A DNA stretch of 64,000 nucleotides from an uncultured Rhodanobacteraceae bacterium (GTDB lineage: Bacteria > Pseudomonadota > Gammaproteobacteria > Xanthomonadales > Rhodanobacteraceae), in assembly GCA_964583865.1 (NCBI GenBank), contig CAZOXZ010000001.1:760-64759 (forward strand), in the 5' to 3' direction. This document shows, piece by piece, positions 29,513 through 37,836 of the stretch. Position 1 is the first letter of the stretch. Every line of letters begins with the position of its first letter. A program made the translations under genes and the position numbers. The notes under the pieces were generated by a model that saw only the letters and a program-made list of their open reading frames with translations, was not told where the DNA came from and searched no databases.

Positions 29513-31629
29513 GGCGGCGCTGGCGCATCGCGGCATGGCTGGTGGTGGTGCTGGCCCTGTACGCCGTGGCCGTGCTGCTGGCGCTGGACGTGGTCCGCGA
29601 AAAGCCGTTTCTCGGTCATTGGTATGTTGCACTTGCCGGTGGTGCGGCCATTGCGCTGGTGTTGCTGGTGCTGGTCATCGCGCGCGCGCTGTGGCGTGTA
29701 CGCCAACGCGCCCGGCAAGGCCTGCCCGGTGCCCGCCTGACGAAGCGGCTGGTGGCGCGCTTTGCCCTGATCGCGGTGCCGCCAGCACTGGTGGTGTATG
29801 CCTTTTCGTTGAACTTTCTGCTGCTGACGGTGGATGCGTGGTTCAACGTCAACCTGGAGCGGGCGCTGGACGATTCGCTGCAGCTCAGCCGCCTGTACGT
29901 TGATCGTGAACTGGCCGACGCGCGCGTCCAGAGCCGCACAGTGGCACAAGAGCTGGCTGGCGTGCCCGACGCCCGCCTGCAGCAAGTCCTCGGCAACGCC
30001 CTGGATCACATGGATGCCCTGCAACTGGCGGTGCTGTCCGCACGTGGCCGCAGCCTGGCGCTGGCCAGCGCCGACCCGCGCCTGCTGCAAGCGCCAAGGC
30101 CCGGCGCGGCCATGCTGACGCAGCTGCGCAACGAAGGCCATTACGCCGCCGCCGAACCGCTGGACAACCGCTTGCTGCTGCGCGTGCTGCTGCCGGTGCC
30201 ACGCGCCGGCCATGGGCACGCCTACCTGCAGGCGCTGTATCCCTTGCCCGAGGCCGTCACCACGCTGACCCACAGTGTCGAGAGCGCCCATTTCGACTTC
30301 CAACGCCTGAAATTCCTGCGCGGCGCCTTGAAACTGGCCTTCACGTTGATCCTGACCTTCGTCGTGCTGCTGTCCCTGCTGGCCGCCCTGCTGGCTGCCG
30401 TCAGCGTGGCTCGGCGCCTGCTGGCGCCCCTGGGCGAGTTGGCCACGGCCACGCGCACGCTGGCCGAGGGCAGCTACGACATTAACCTGAAACCCGGGGC
30501 CGACGACGAACTCGGCTTTCTCAGCGAGTCCTTCCGCGACATGACCGGCCGCCTGTGCGAAGCCGATGCCGAAGCCCGCGCCAGCGCTGCCGAGATCGAG
30601 CGCCAACGCAGCTACCTCGACACCGTGCTGGAACACCTTTCCGCCGGCGTCCTGGGCGTGGCTGCCGACGGCGTACTGCAAAAAGCCAACCGTGCAGCCG
30701 GGATCATCCTCGATGGCGATCCATCCGCCTGGCGCGGCCATGCCGTGGATGAACTGGTGACGCGCGAAACACGACTGGCGCCCTTGCTGGAATCCATCCA
30801 CCGACACCAGCGCGAAGGCCAACGCGAATGGCACGAGGAAGTGCGCCTGCGCGATGCCGCCGGCGAGGTGCGCATCCTCATGGTGCGCGGCAGCGTGCTG
30901 GGCGGCAACGCCGGCGGCATGGTCGTGGTCTTCGACGACCTCACCGAACTGAACCGCGCCCAGCGCGACAGCGCCTGGGCCGAAGTCGCCCAGCGCCTGG
31001 CGCACGAGGTGAAAAACCCGCTGACGCCTATCCAGCTCTCCGCCGAACGCATGCAGCACCGCCTGGCCGGCAAGCTGGACGAACGCGACGCCGGCCTGGT
31101 GCAACGCGCCACGACCACCATCGTCAACCAGGTCGACGCCCTGAAACGCCTGGTCAACGACTTCAGCGACTACGCCCGCACGCCGAAGCTGGCCGCCGAA
31201 CCCTTGGCGCCGGAGCAGGTGCTGCGTGAGGTCCTGGATCTGCACGACAACGACCCGGCCATCCACGTCACGGCCCGGCTGGACGCCGGCAAGGCCCGCA
31301 TCATGGCCGACCCCGGCAAACTGCGCCAGCTGCTCCACAACCTCATCCGCAACGCCCGCGAAGCCGTGCCCGAAGGCGACCTCGAGCTCGACATCGACTC
31401 CCGCATCGACAACAGCCAATGGCAGCTGCGCGTCGCCGACAACGGCAAGGGCCTGCCCGAAGGTTTCGACCAAAGCTGGTTCGAACCCTACGTCACCACC
31501 AAGGCCGAAGGCAGCGGCCTGGGCCTCGCCGTGGTGAAGAAGATCTGCGAAGAACACGGCGGCCACATCCGCGCCCGCAACCGCGACAACGGCGGGGCCG
31601 AATTCACCGTCACCTGGCCGGTGGTGTGA
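29509..31629 (+). CDS. ntrY: NtrY-like sensor histidine kinase (TM-HAMP-PAS-HisKA-HATPase)
   Basis: 706 aa. N-terminal TMs, H-box HEVKNPLTPIQLSAERM and an ATPase domain with DNGKGLP and GSGLGLAVV. Confidence 0.88.
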   Translation: MRRRWRIAAWLVVVLALYAVAVLLALDVVREKPFLGHWYVALAGGAAIALVLLVLVIARALWRVRQRARQGLPGARLTKRLVARFALIAVPPALVVYAFSLNFLLLTVDAWFNVNLERALDDSLQLSRLYVDRELADARVQSRTVAQELAGVPDARLQQVLGNALDHMDALQLAVLSARGRSLALASADPRLLQAPRPGAAMLTQLRNEGHYAAAEPLDNRLLLRVLLPVPRAGHGHAYLQALYPLPEAVTTLTHSVESAHFDFQRLKFLRGALKLAFTLILTFVVLLSLLAALLAAVSVARRLLAPLGELATATRTLAEGSYDINLKPGADDELGFLSESFRDMTGRLCEADAEARASAAEIERQRSYLDTVLEHLSAGVLGVAADGVLQKANRAAGIILDGDPSAWRGHAVDELVTRETRLAPLLESIHRHQREGQREWHEEVRLRDAAGEVRILMVRGSVLGGNAGGMVVVFDDLTELNRAQRDSAWAEVAQRLAHEVKNPLTPIQLSAERMQHRLAGKLDERDAGLVQRATTTIVNQVDALKRLVNDFSDYARTPKLAAEPLAPEQVLREVLDLHDNDPAIHVTARLDAGKARIMADPGKLRQLLHNLIRNAREAVPEGDLELDIDSRIDNSQWQLRVADNGKGLPEGFDQSWFEPYVTTKAEGSGLGLAVVKKICEEHGGHIRARNRDNGGAEFTVTWPVV

Positions 31630-31634
31630 AAGCC

Positions 31635-31686
31635 GGGAATGGGGAGCAGGGAATCGGGAATAGGGAGCCGGGAATCGGGAATCGGA
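31635..31686. repeat. degenerate GGGAATN heptamer block (family A-related)
   Basis: gggaatggggagcagggaatcgggaatagggagccgggaatcgggaatcgg lies directly after the ntrY stop. Confidence 0.8.
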
Positions 31687-31801
31687 GACCGGGGACCGTA
31701 GGTCGGGACCGGCGAAGACGGACCCGACATCGAACACGACAGACAAACCGTCGATCTGGACAGGTGTAAAAGCCGGGAGCCGGGAATGGTGGGCGAAACA
31801 C

Positions 31802-31850
31802 CGTCATTCCGGACGGCCGGCAGGCCGATCCGGAATCCAGCGCCTTTCCA
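31802..31850. repeat. repeat family C copy (cgtcattccggacggc-ggcaggc-gatccgg--tccagcgccttt)
   Basis: Direct repeat of 34011..34058. There is a looser relative at 61963..62000. Confidence 0.8.
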
Positions 31851-31853
31851 AAT

Positions 31854-32159
31854 ATGAACGACCCGCCCGGCCCGAAAGTCACTGGGTTTGCTCGCACCAT
31901 CCCGGTGCTCGGCCTTCGGGCCATTGGCACGCCGATGTCCACCTTCGGCATCCATGCCTTCGGTATCGGGTTCCGGCTGCAAAGAACCGCAGCCGGCCCC
32001 GGAACGACGGATCACGTGACAACCACACACCGCCACGCCGTGACAAACGCAGCGATTGACCGAATCCTGGCCGAGGCCTTGCACATGCCGGGAATGGAAG
32101 ATATCGAGTTCGATCCACCCGAGATCGACTTCAATCTGAAAACCCCGGATTTCGACTGA
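31854..32159 (+). CDS. possible VapB-type antitoxin remnant (N-terminus uncertain)
   Basis: This is the only ORF positioned as a partner 12 nt upstream of the PIN toxin. The acidic C-terminus DIEFDPPEIDFNLKTPDFD resembles toxin-binding tails. I could not recognise an RHH/AbrB DNA-binding N-terminus. An alternative GTG start is at 32016. Confidence 0.3.
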   Translation: MNDPPGPKVTGFARTIPVLGLRAIGTPMSTFGIHAFGIGFRLQRTAAGPGTTDHVTTTHRHAVTNAAIDRILAEALHMPGMEDIEFDPPEIDFNLKTPDFD

Positions 32160-32171
32160 GATTGTCCGGGT

Positions 32172-32633
32172 ATGTACCTGCTCGATACCAACGTCGTTTC
32201 GGAGCTGCACAAAACCATTCGCGGCGAAGGCGACGCACAGGTCGCAGCATGGTTGGCGCAGGTCGAGTTGGCCGCCTGCTGGTTGTCAGTCATCACGTTG
32301 ATGGAACTGGAAATCGAGGTGCTGCGCATGGAGCGGCGCGATGCCGCACAAGGCCGCGTGCTGCGGACATGGCTTGAGTCGCGCATCGTGCCCAGGTTCT
32401 CCGGCCGCGTGCTTGACATTGACGCGGCGACTGCGCGTCGCTGCGCCGTGCTGCACGTGCCCGATCGTCAGCCAGAGCGCGACGCCATGATTGCAGCAAC
32501 CGCGCTGATGCACGGCATGACCATGGTGACCCGCAACGTCGCAGACTTTGAGGCAACCGGCGTGCTGGTGTTCAATCCGTGGCAATACCGCGCCGCCCAC
32601 GAAGCCGAACGGGGTTACGCCGCCGATGCATGA
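32172..32633 (+). CDS. vapC: type II toxin VapC/FitB-like PIN-domain ribonuclease
   Basis: MYLLDTNVVSELHK is the PIN signature start. Conserved acidic positions are present (D5, E...MELE, DAMIAATA, TRNVADF). Confidence 0.85.
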   Translation: MYLLDTNVVSELHKTIRGEGDAQVAAWLAQVELAACWLSVITLMELEIEVLRMERRDAAQGRVLRTWLESRIVPRFSGRVLDIDAATARRCAVLHVPDRQPERDAMIAATALMHGMTMVTRNVADFEATGVLVFNPWQYRAAHEAERGYAADA

Positions 32634-32707
32634 GTTGCCCTGAACGCACCGCATGTAACACAAATGCGCTACATTGCTGCCATGCCCTTGAGATGCCGGA
32701 GCCTGCC

Positions 32708-32998
32708 ATGAGCACCACCACCATCTGCCTGCCGGACGAACTCAAGGCCCGCGTGGCCGCCATGGCGAAGGAAACCGGCACCACGGCACACGGTTTCATG
32801 CTGGAAGCCATTGCCGAAAAAACCGACGCGGCCGAACGGCGCGCTGACTTTCACGCTGAAGCCGAGCGGTGCTGAGCCACGTTCCCGGAAAATTGCGAAA
32901 GCATCCAGTGGGATGACATAGACCGCTATCTCGAAGCGCGCCTGGCGGGCAAGTCGGCCAAACGACCATCGGCGCGCAAATTGGATCGCGCCAGGTGA
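32708..32998 (+). pseudogene. ribbon-helix-helix (CopG/ParD-like) antitoxin with in-frame TGA at 32873..32875
   Basis: MSTTTICLPDELKARVAAMAKETGTTAHGFMLEAIAEKT is an RHH. After AERC* the same frame continues ATFPENCESIQWDDIDRYLEARLAGKSAKRPSARKLDRAR and ends in a GTGA overlap with the toxin start. This is what an originally 96-aa antitoxin would look like. Confidence 0.6.
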
Positions 32999-33300
32999 CA
33001 CACATCGAGGTGTCGCCCGAAGTGTCCGACGAACTGGCGCGCATTGCCGATCGCCGGCAACAACATGAATCAGAGCAGGCCGGGGCACCCAGCACCGAGA
33101 TCATCCGCGCCATTGAGGTTCTGGCCGACAACCCTTGCATCGGCCGCCCGATTGCCGCCGACATGCACGAGCTGGCAATCGGCCGCAGCGCACACGGCCA
33201 TGCTGCGTTGTACCGGCATGTCGCGGTGGCGGATACGGTGTTCGTGCTGGCGATTCGGGCGCAATCCGAGGCCAGTCACGCACCGCTGCAACAACCGTGA
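32995..33300 (+). CDS. type II toxin, RelE/ParE family
   Basis: 101 aa with a GTG start. The pattern ...IIRAIEVLADNPCIGRPI...HELAIGRSAHGHAALYRHVAVADTVFVLAIRAQSE is typical of ParE-like toxins. Confidence 0.72.
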   Translation: MTHIEVSPEVSDELARIADRRQQHESEQAGAPSTEIIRAIEVLADNPCIGRPIAADMHELAIGRSAHGHAALYRHVAVADTVFVLAIRAQSEASHAPLQQP

Positions 33301-33362
33301 TCGATGCAGGTAGCACCGCAACTCTGGTAATGTGGGCTTGTGGGTTTTCGCGGAATGCTGAC

Positions 33363-33611
33363 ATGAGTCGCCTGACCATCGACATCACGGTCGAACAGCA
33401 CCAGACACTCAAGGCGCTGGCTGGCCTGCAAGGCAAGACCATCAAGCAGTACACGCTGGAGCGCCTGTTCCCGACGAGCGATGAACCGGCTTGGCAAGAA
33501 CTCCGGGCCCTGCTGCGTACGCGTGTGGAAGCGGGGCTCGCCGGCGACCTGTCAAACAAGAGCGTGCGCGACATCGTCGACGAAGAACTGGGTCCGGTCA
33601 CGGGTGAATGA
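33363..33611 (+). CDS. ParD-like antitoxin
   Basis: MSRLTIDITVEQHQTLKALAGLQGKTIKQYTLERLFP is an RHH-type antitoxin. It overlaps the downstream toxin start by 8 nt. Confidence 0.75.
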   Translation: MSRLTIDITVEQHQTLKALAGLQGKTIKQYTLERLFPTSDEPAWQELRALLRTRVEAGLAGDLSNKSVRDIVDEELGPVTGE

Positions 33612-33927
33612 ACCCGTCTACCTCCTCACGCAGGCGGCGGAAACGGATTTGCGCGACATCATCCGCTACACGCGTCGTGAATGGGGTGACGCACAGGTAC
33701 GTCGCTACATCAGGCGCCTGGAGAGCTGCATGCAGCGCCTCGCAAGCGGTGAAACGCCATTCACGGACATGAGCAAGTTTCATCCCGGCTTGCGCATGCT
33801 GCTTTGCCAGCATCACTACCTTTTCTGCCTCCCGCACACGCCAGGTCCTGCCCTGATTGTCGCCCTTCTGCATGAACGCATGGACCTGATCACGCGGCCG
33901 GCAAGCGGTTGTAAGCCCGCGAGGTGA
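33604..33927 (+). CDS. parE: type II toxin, ParE family
   Basis: GTG start; (M)NEPVYLLTQAAETDLRDIIRYTRREWGDAQVRRYIRRLESCMQRLA...IVALLHERMDL. Confidence 0.78.
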   Translation: MNEPVYLLTQAAETDLRDIIRYTRREWGDAQVRRYIRRLESCMQRLASGETPFTDMSKFHPGLRMLLCQHHYLFCLPHTPGPALIVALLHERMDLITRPASGCKPAR

Positions 33928-34010
33928 TTTGCTCGGGCCGCATCCTGCCCGGCGAAACCACGGACCCCGCGACCTCGATACATCGTCACCCCGGACGGAG
34001 CGAGGCGATT

Positions 34011-34058
34011 CGTCATTCCGGACGGCTGGCAGGCTGATCCGGGGTCCAGCGCCTTTGT
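34011..34058. repeat. repeat family C copy
   Basis: Direct repeat of 31802..31850. The two copies bracket the toxin-antitoxin array. Confidence 0.8.
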
Positions 34059-34131
34059 GCCACTGCAATCACCACCTCATGCCCCGCAACCGCGATAATG
34101 GCCGCTTTCAAGCCGGCAACGCGGCCCCATC

Positions 34132-35823
34132 ATGACCGACAACCACACCACGCTTCCCCTGAGCCCGGAGCAACGCCGGCAACTGTGGTACCTGCTGGGT
34201 TTTGCCTTGCTGCTGCTGGGTATCGGCATTGGCCTGCGTGATCCCTGGCCCTCGGACGAGCCGCGTTTTGCTCTGGTAGCGCACTGGATGGTCGAGCGCG
34301 GCCAGTGGCTCTTCCCGCACCGCGGCCACGAGTTGTACCCGGACAAACCGCCGTTGTTCATGTGGCTGCAGGCGGTGTTCTACCTGGTGACGCGAACCTG
34401 GCGACTGGCTTTCATGCTCCCCTCGCTGTTGTCCGGCCTGCTGTGCGTGGGCCTGGTTTACGATCTTGGCCGGCGCTTGTGGGATCACCGCAGCGGGCTG
34501 CTGGCCTCGCTGCTGATGCTGGTCACGGTGCAGTTCAGCTGGCAGTTCCGCCATGCCCAGATCGACCCGCTGGTGGTGGCCTGGATTACGCTGGCCAACT
34601 ACGGCCTGCTGCGCCACATGCTGCTGGGCCCCGCCTGGCGCTGGTATTTCCTCGGCTGCTTTGCCGCCGGGCTGGGTGTCATCACCAAGGGCGTGGGTGT
34701 GTTGGCGCTGTTCATGCTGTTGCCGTATGCCTTTGCCCGCCTGCGCCACTGGCCGGAGCTGCCGCACGCACGCGGTGCCCTGCGCTGGCTGGCCGGTTTC
34801 GGCTTTTTCCTGCTGGCCATTGCCTTGTGGCTGGGGCCGATGCTGTGGCGTGCACATGCTCTGGGCGACGCCGCGCATGCGGCCTACGTGCAGAACATCC
34901 TGTTCGGCCAGACGGTCCACCGCTACGCCGACTTCGCCGGGCATCAGCGCCCGTGGTGGTATTTCGGCCAGGTGATCGCTCTGAACTGGCTGCCGTTGTC
35001 GCTGCTGCTGCCCTGGGCCGTGCCGGCCTGGTGGCGCCGGCTGCGGGCGCATGATGCCCGGGTGCTGCTGCCACTGGCCTGGGTGGTGCTGGTGGTGCTG
35101 TTCTTCTCGCTGAGCTCCGGCAAGCGCGGCGTCTACATCCTGCCGGCCCTGCCGATGGCGGCCCTGACCCTGGCGCCGCTGCTGGCCGAGCTGCACCAAC
35201 GCCTGGGCGTGCGCGTCGCCGTGCTGCTGTTGACCCTGGTCCTGTCCCTGACACTCACGGGCGCCGGCATCACTGGCCTTGTGAGCCACGCCGATTGGGC
35301 CGCGCGCATCGAGGCCAGCATCAGCCCGGCGATCTGGTACCTGCCACTGGCCACCGGCGTCGTCGGGCTGGTGGCCGTGGCCTGGACTCGCATCAAGCGC
35401 GCGCCCCTGGGCTGGGTGCTGTTCGTCAGCTTCCTGTGGGCGTCACTGGGCCTGTACGGCTATCCGCTGCTGAACGGCGACCGCTCGGCCGCCGAGATCA
35501 TGCAGGAAGCCCGCGAAAAAGTCGGCCCCGATGTCACCTTGGGCCTGGTGGCTTGGAAGGAGCAGAACCTCCTGCAAGCCCGCGGCCCGGTCACCGAATT
35601 CGGCTTCCTGAAACCCTGGCAGGAGCAATACACCGAAGCCGTCGCCTGGCTGAAAGCCGACCCGGCCAGCAGGCGCCTTTTCATCCGCGAAGCGGCCATG
35701 GGCGAATGCGTGCGTCGAGATGAAGCCATCCAACTCGATCGCGCCAACCGCCGCGACTGGTGGCTGGTCCCGGCCCGCGCCATCATCCCCAACTGCGTGC
35801 CGGCCAAAGTGCCAGGGCACTGA
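34132..35823 (+). CDS. glycosyltransferase family 39/83 (ArnT/PMT-like, polyprenyl-phosphate-sugar dependent)
   Basis: 563 aa, polytopic. WPSDEPRFALVAHWM acidic loop-1 motif followed by YPDKPPLFMWLQ. Confidence 0.85.
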   Translation: MTDNHTTLPLSPEQRRQLWYLLGFALLLLGIGIGLRDPWPSDEPRFALVAHWMVERGQWLFPHRGHELYPDKPPLFMWLQAVFYLVTRTWRLAFMLPSLLSGLLCVGLVYDLGRRLWDHRSGLLASLLMLVTVQFSWQFRHAQIDPLVVAWITLANYGLLRHMLLGPAWRWYFLGCFAAGLGVITKGVGVLALFMLLPYAFARLRHWPELPHARGALRWLAGFGFFLLAIALWLGPMLWRAHALGDAAHAAYVQNILFGQTVHRYADFAGHQRPWWYFGQVIALNWLPLSLLLPWAVPAWWRRLRAHDARVLLPLAWVVLVVLFFSLSSGKRGVYILPALPMAALTLAPLLAELHQRLGVRVAVLLLTLVLSLTLTGAGITGLVSHADWAARIEASISPAIWYLPLATGVVGLVAVAWTRIKRAPLGWVLFVSFLWASLGLYGYPLLNGDRSAAEIMQEAREKVGPDVTLGLVAWKEQNLLQARGPVTEFGFLKPWQEQYTEAVAWLKADPASRRLFIREAAMGECVRRDEAIQLDRANRRDWWLVPARAIIPNCVPAKVPGH

Positions 35824-35865
35824 AAAAATGTTCTGACATCCCGGTTGGTGACGCCATCGGTGTCA

Positions 35866-36141
35866 TCACGCAGCGGTGTCGATATCCCAGCCGGGGAAAA
35901 CCAGGACCGCCGGGTGACACCGCAATGCGGTCGCCAGGGCTTTGGCGCGCTCCACGCCAAGATTGGTGCGGCCGGTTTCAATGCTGGAAATCGTGGGTTG
36001 TGGAATACCACAAAGTGCCGCCAATTGGCTCTGGCTCAGCTCCTGCAGTTCGCGGATGATGCGCGCCGATTCGCCCGGCGTCACCTCGATGCGTTTTTTT
36101 GCCGGGATTGCTTCGCTCATGTCATTTTCTCCGATAGTCAT
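35866..36141 (-). CDS. higA: XRE-family HTH antitoxin (HigA-like)
   Basis: LSQSQLAALCGIPQPTISSIETGRTNLGVERAKALATAL is an HTH_XRE. An alternative start MSEAIP at 36120 would sit 1 nt after the toxin stop. Confidence 0.78.
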   Translation of the reverse strand: MTIGENDMSEAIPAKKRIEVTPGESARIIRELQELSQSQLAALCGIPQPTISSIETGRTNLGVERAKALATALRCHPAVLVFPGWDIDTAA

Positions 36142-36304
36142 GTGGCGTCACGCGCAGGACGAGAACGGTCATCACTCCGGAGTCCACGGAGTACACCACG
36201 CGCCACTGCTTGTTGAGACGGGATGAGCGGCACCCGTTCCACTGGCCGGACAGGGCTTCGTCGTGAAAACCCTTGTGCGGTCCGTACCCGTCATGGTTCC
36301 TCAC
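36122..36304 (-). CDS. RelE/YoeB/HigB-superfamily toxin, short (possibly N-terminally truncated)
   Basis: 60 aa. The C-terminal core GFHDEALSGQWNGCRSSRLNKQWRVVYSVDSGVMTVLVLRVTPHDY aligns by eye with the YoeB/HigB beta-sheet core. The usual N-terminal helices are missing. The 5' end overlaps the GT2 gene 3' end. Confidence 0.55.
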   Translation of the reverse strand: MRNHDGYGPHKGFHDEALSGQWNGCRSSRLNKQWRVVYSVDSGVMTVLVLRVTPHDYRRK

Positions 36305-37064
36305 CCTTTTGCAGCAGGTACAGCTTGACGTATTTGCGGCGCACGTATTCCATGCGCGTGAGGGCGTAGACGAGGCCGCGCCAGCCGTCCAGAAAGCCGG
36401 CGCGCAGGAAGTAGCCGCGGGTGAAGCGCCAGGCGGGACTCAGGAGAATGCGGGCGATGCTGCTGCGCTTGCCGCGGGCGTGGTCGTGGCGGGCCATCAT
36501 GTCGGCGTAGCGTTCCTGCTTGCGCATTTGCTCGGCGAAAGAACGGTAGGGATGGTGTTCGAGGTCGCCATCGAGGGTGGCCACGGGGCCGTCGACGCTG
36601 ACCGCTTCGTGGATTTCGCGCTGGCCGCGCCAGCCGCCCCGGCGGCGGTCGAACAGGCGCAGCACGCGGTCGGGGTAGGCGTTGCCATGACGCAGAAAGG
36701 CGCCGAAGTACTCGGAGCAACGGGCAAAGCGGTAGCCGGCGGCAGCATCAAAGCCCCTCGCTCGGGCGGCTTCGATGGATGCCCGCAGGGCCGGGGTGAT
36801 GCGCTCGTCGGCGTCCAGGCACAGCACCCAGTCGTGGTGGGCTTGTTGCACGGCAAAGTCTTTCTGGCTGCGGAAACCGTCGAAGGGCCGCTCCAGAACC
36901 CGCGCACCGGCCTCGCGCGCGATGGCCTGGGTGTCATCCTCGGAGCCGGAGTCCACCACCACGATGTCGTCGCAAAAATCCAGCGACGCCAGGCAGTCGC
37001 CGATGCGGTCGGCCTCGTTGTAGGTGATGATGCAGGCCGAGATGGCGGGCGCGTCAAAGCTCAT
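36291..37064 (-). CDS. glycosyltransferase family 2 (WaaE/KdtX-like)
   Basis: 257 aa. ISACIITYNEADRIGDCLASL, VVVDSGSEDDT and LCLDADE (DxD) motifs. Confidence 0.87.
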   Translation of the reverse strand: MSFDAPAISACIITYNEADRIGDCLASLDFCDDIVVVDSGSEDDTQAIAREAGARVLERPFDGFRSQKDFAVQQAHHDWVLCLDADERITPALRASIEAARARGFDAAAGYRFARCSEYFGAFLRHGNAYPDRVLRLFDRRRGGWRGQREIHEAVSVDGPVATLDGDLEHHPYRSFAEQMRKQERYADMMARHDHARGKRSSIARILLSPAWRFTRGYFLRAGFLDGWRGLVYALTRMEYVRRKYVKLYLLQKGEEP

Positions 37065-37083
37065 GGCGGGTCGCGGGTGAAAA

Positions 37084-37202
37084 GGGCAGCATACATGCGC
37101 GGGCGGTCACGCTACCATGGCGACTTTCCCTTCTGCCCAAGCCATGGCCAGCCTGCTTTTTGCTACTGAACTGTACGGCCTGCCCATCCTGCGCCCGCTG
37201 GG
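37084..37202. repeat. 119-bp direct repeat, copy 1 (duplicated promoter plus first 19 codons of the TagF-like gene)
   Basis: Near-identical to 37837..37955, with a handful of substitutions. Contains ATG 37144 MASLLFATELYGLPILRPL, which then runs into unrelated sequence. Confidence 0.9.
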
Positions 37203-37275
37203 CGCCACTTCGGGCACCGGCGCATTCTGCACATCGGGTCGACCGGTACCCTTCAACAAACCGAACGTCACCGAA

Positions 37276-37310
37276 TCGAGCTGGTCGAGCTGGTCGAGCT
37301 GGTCGAGCTG
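37276..37310. repeat. tandem 9-bp repeat (tcgagctgg), about 3.9 copies
   Basis: Read directly from the sequence. It lies inside the segment bounded by the 119-bp repeats. Confidence 0.9.
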
Positions 37311-37836
37311 CCAAGGCTACCGGACCTGGCTCACTCCGCGAAGACAGGGTGTCGCACTTCAGAGTGGAATCCGCCGTCAAAGATCACATTCGCATCATGC
37401 GCCCCGATCTCGCCGGTCGGCAGTACTTCGGCTTGCCGGTGGTCGGGTTTGCCGCCACGCGCTATGTCAACGGCAATGCCGGCGGCACGGGTGTGCTTGG
37501 CACCTACAGCTTCGACTCGGACTTTCGTCGTGGTCAGCGAGCTTGCGCCAGGGACGGCGTGGTGGGCGCCTGCCCCTGAATACCGCCGCGCATCAGGTAA
37601 CCACGGACGAGCCGCCACGCCGGGCTGAGCAAGATTTGCAGCATCGCCGGCGTGGCGTCGTCCCAGGAGCCTGGGCGGTAGGAACCATGTGAGCGAGGCA
37701 CAGCCATTTTGAGGGCGATTTTTCGACCCTCTGAGGCGAATGCTGGTTGCTATTCAACGAAAATGGGCGGGAAATCGGGCCAAAAGGGCGCAGCCGCAAC
37801 CGCTTGTGTTGCGGCTGCCCTGGCTCCCAGGAGCCT

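Noticed and set aside
32873-32875. In-frame TGA in the RHH antitoxin as selenocysteine, and TAG in rsmB (28822..28824) as pyrrolysine or programmed readthrough
   Set aside because: I see no SECIS-like hairpin immediately downstream of the TGA. The rsmB position is a conserved Tyr, one base from TAG. No recoding machinery is visible. Mutation or sequencing error is the simpler explanation, though readthrough cannot be excluded from sequence alone.
37331-37618. 95-aa minus-strand ORF inside the duplicated segment, ending ...VIFDGGFHSEVRHPVFAE (SDR/FabI-like C-terminus?)
   Set aside because: Only the last roughly 20 residues look family-like. The upstream part has no SDR motifs and there is no convincing start or RBS. 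It is treated as a possible gene fragment, not a feature.
37700-37760. Possible Tn3-family terminal inverted repeat (minus strand gagggtcgaaaaatcgccctcaaaatgg) within the duplicated segment
   Set aside because: It only loosely resembles GGGG...TAAG type ends. No second inverted copy and no transposase or resolvase are in the window. This cannot be supported without a database search.
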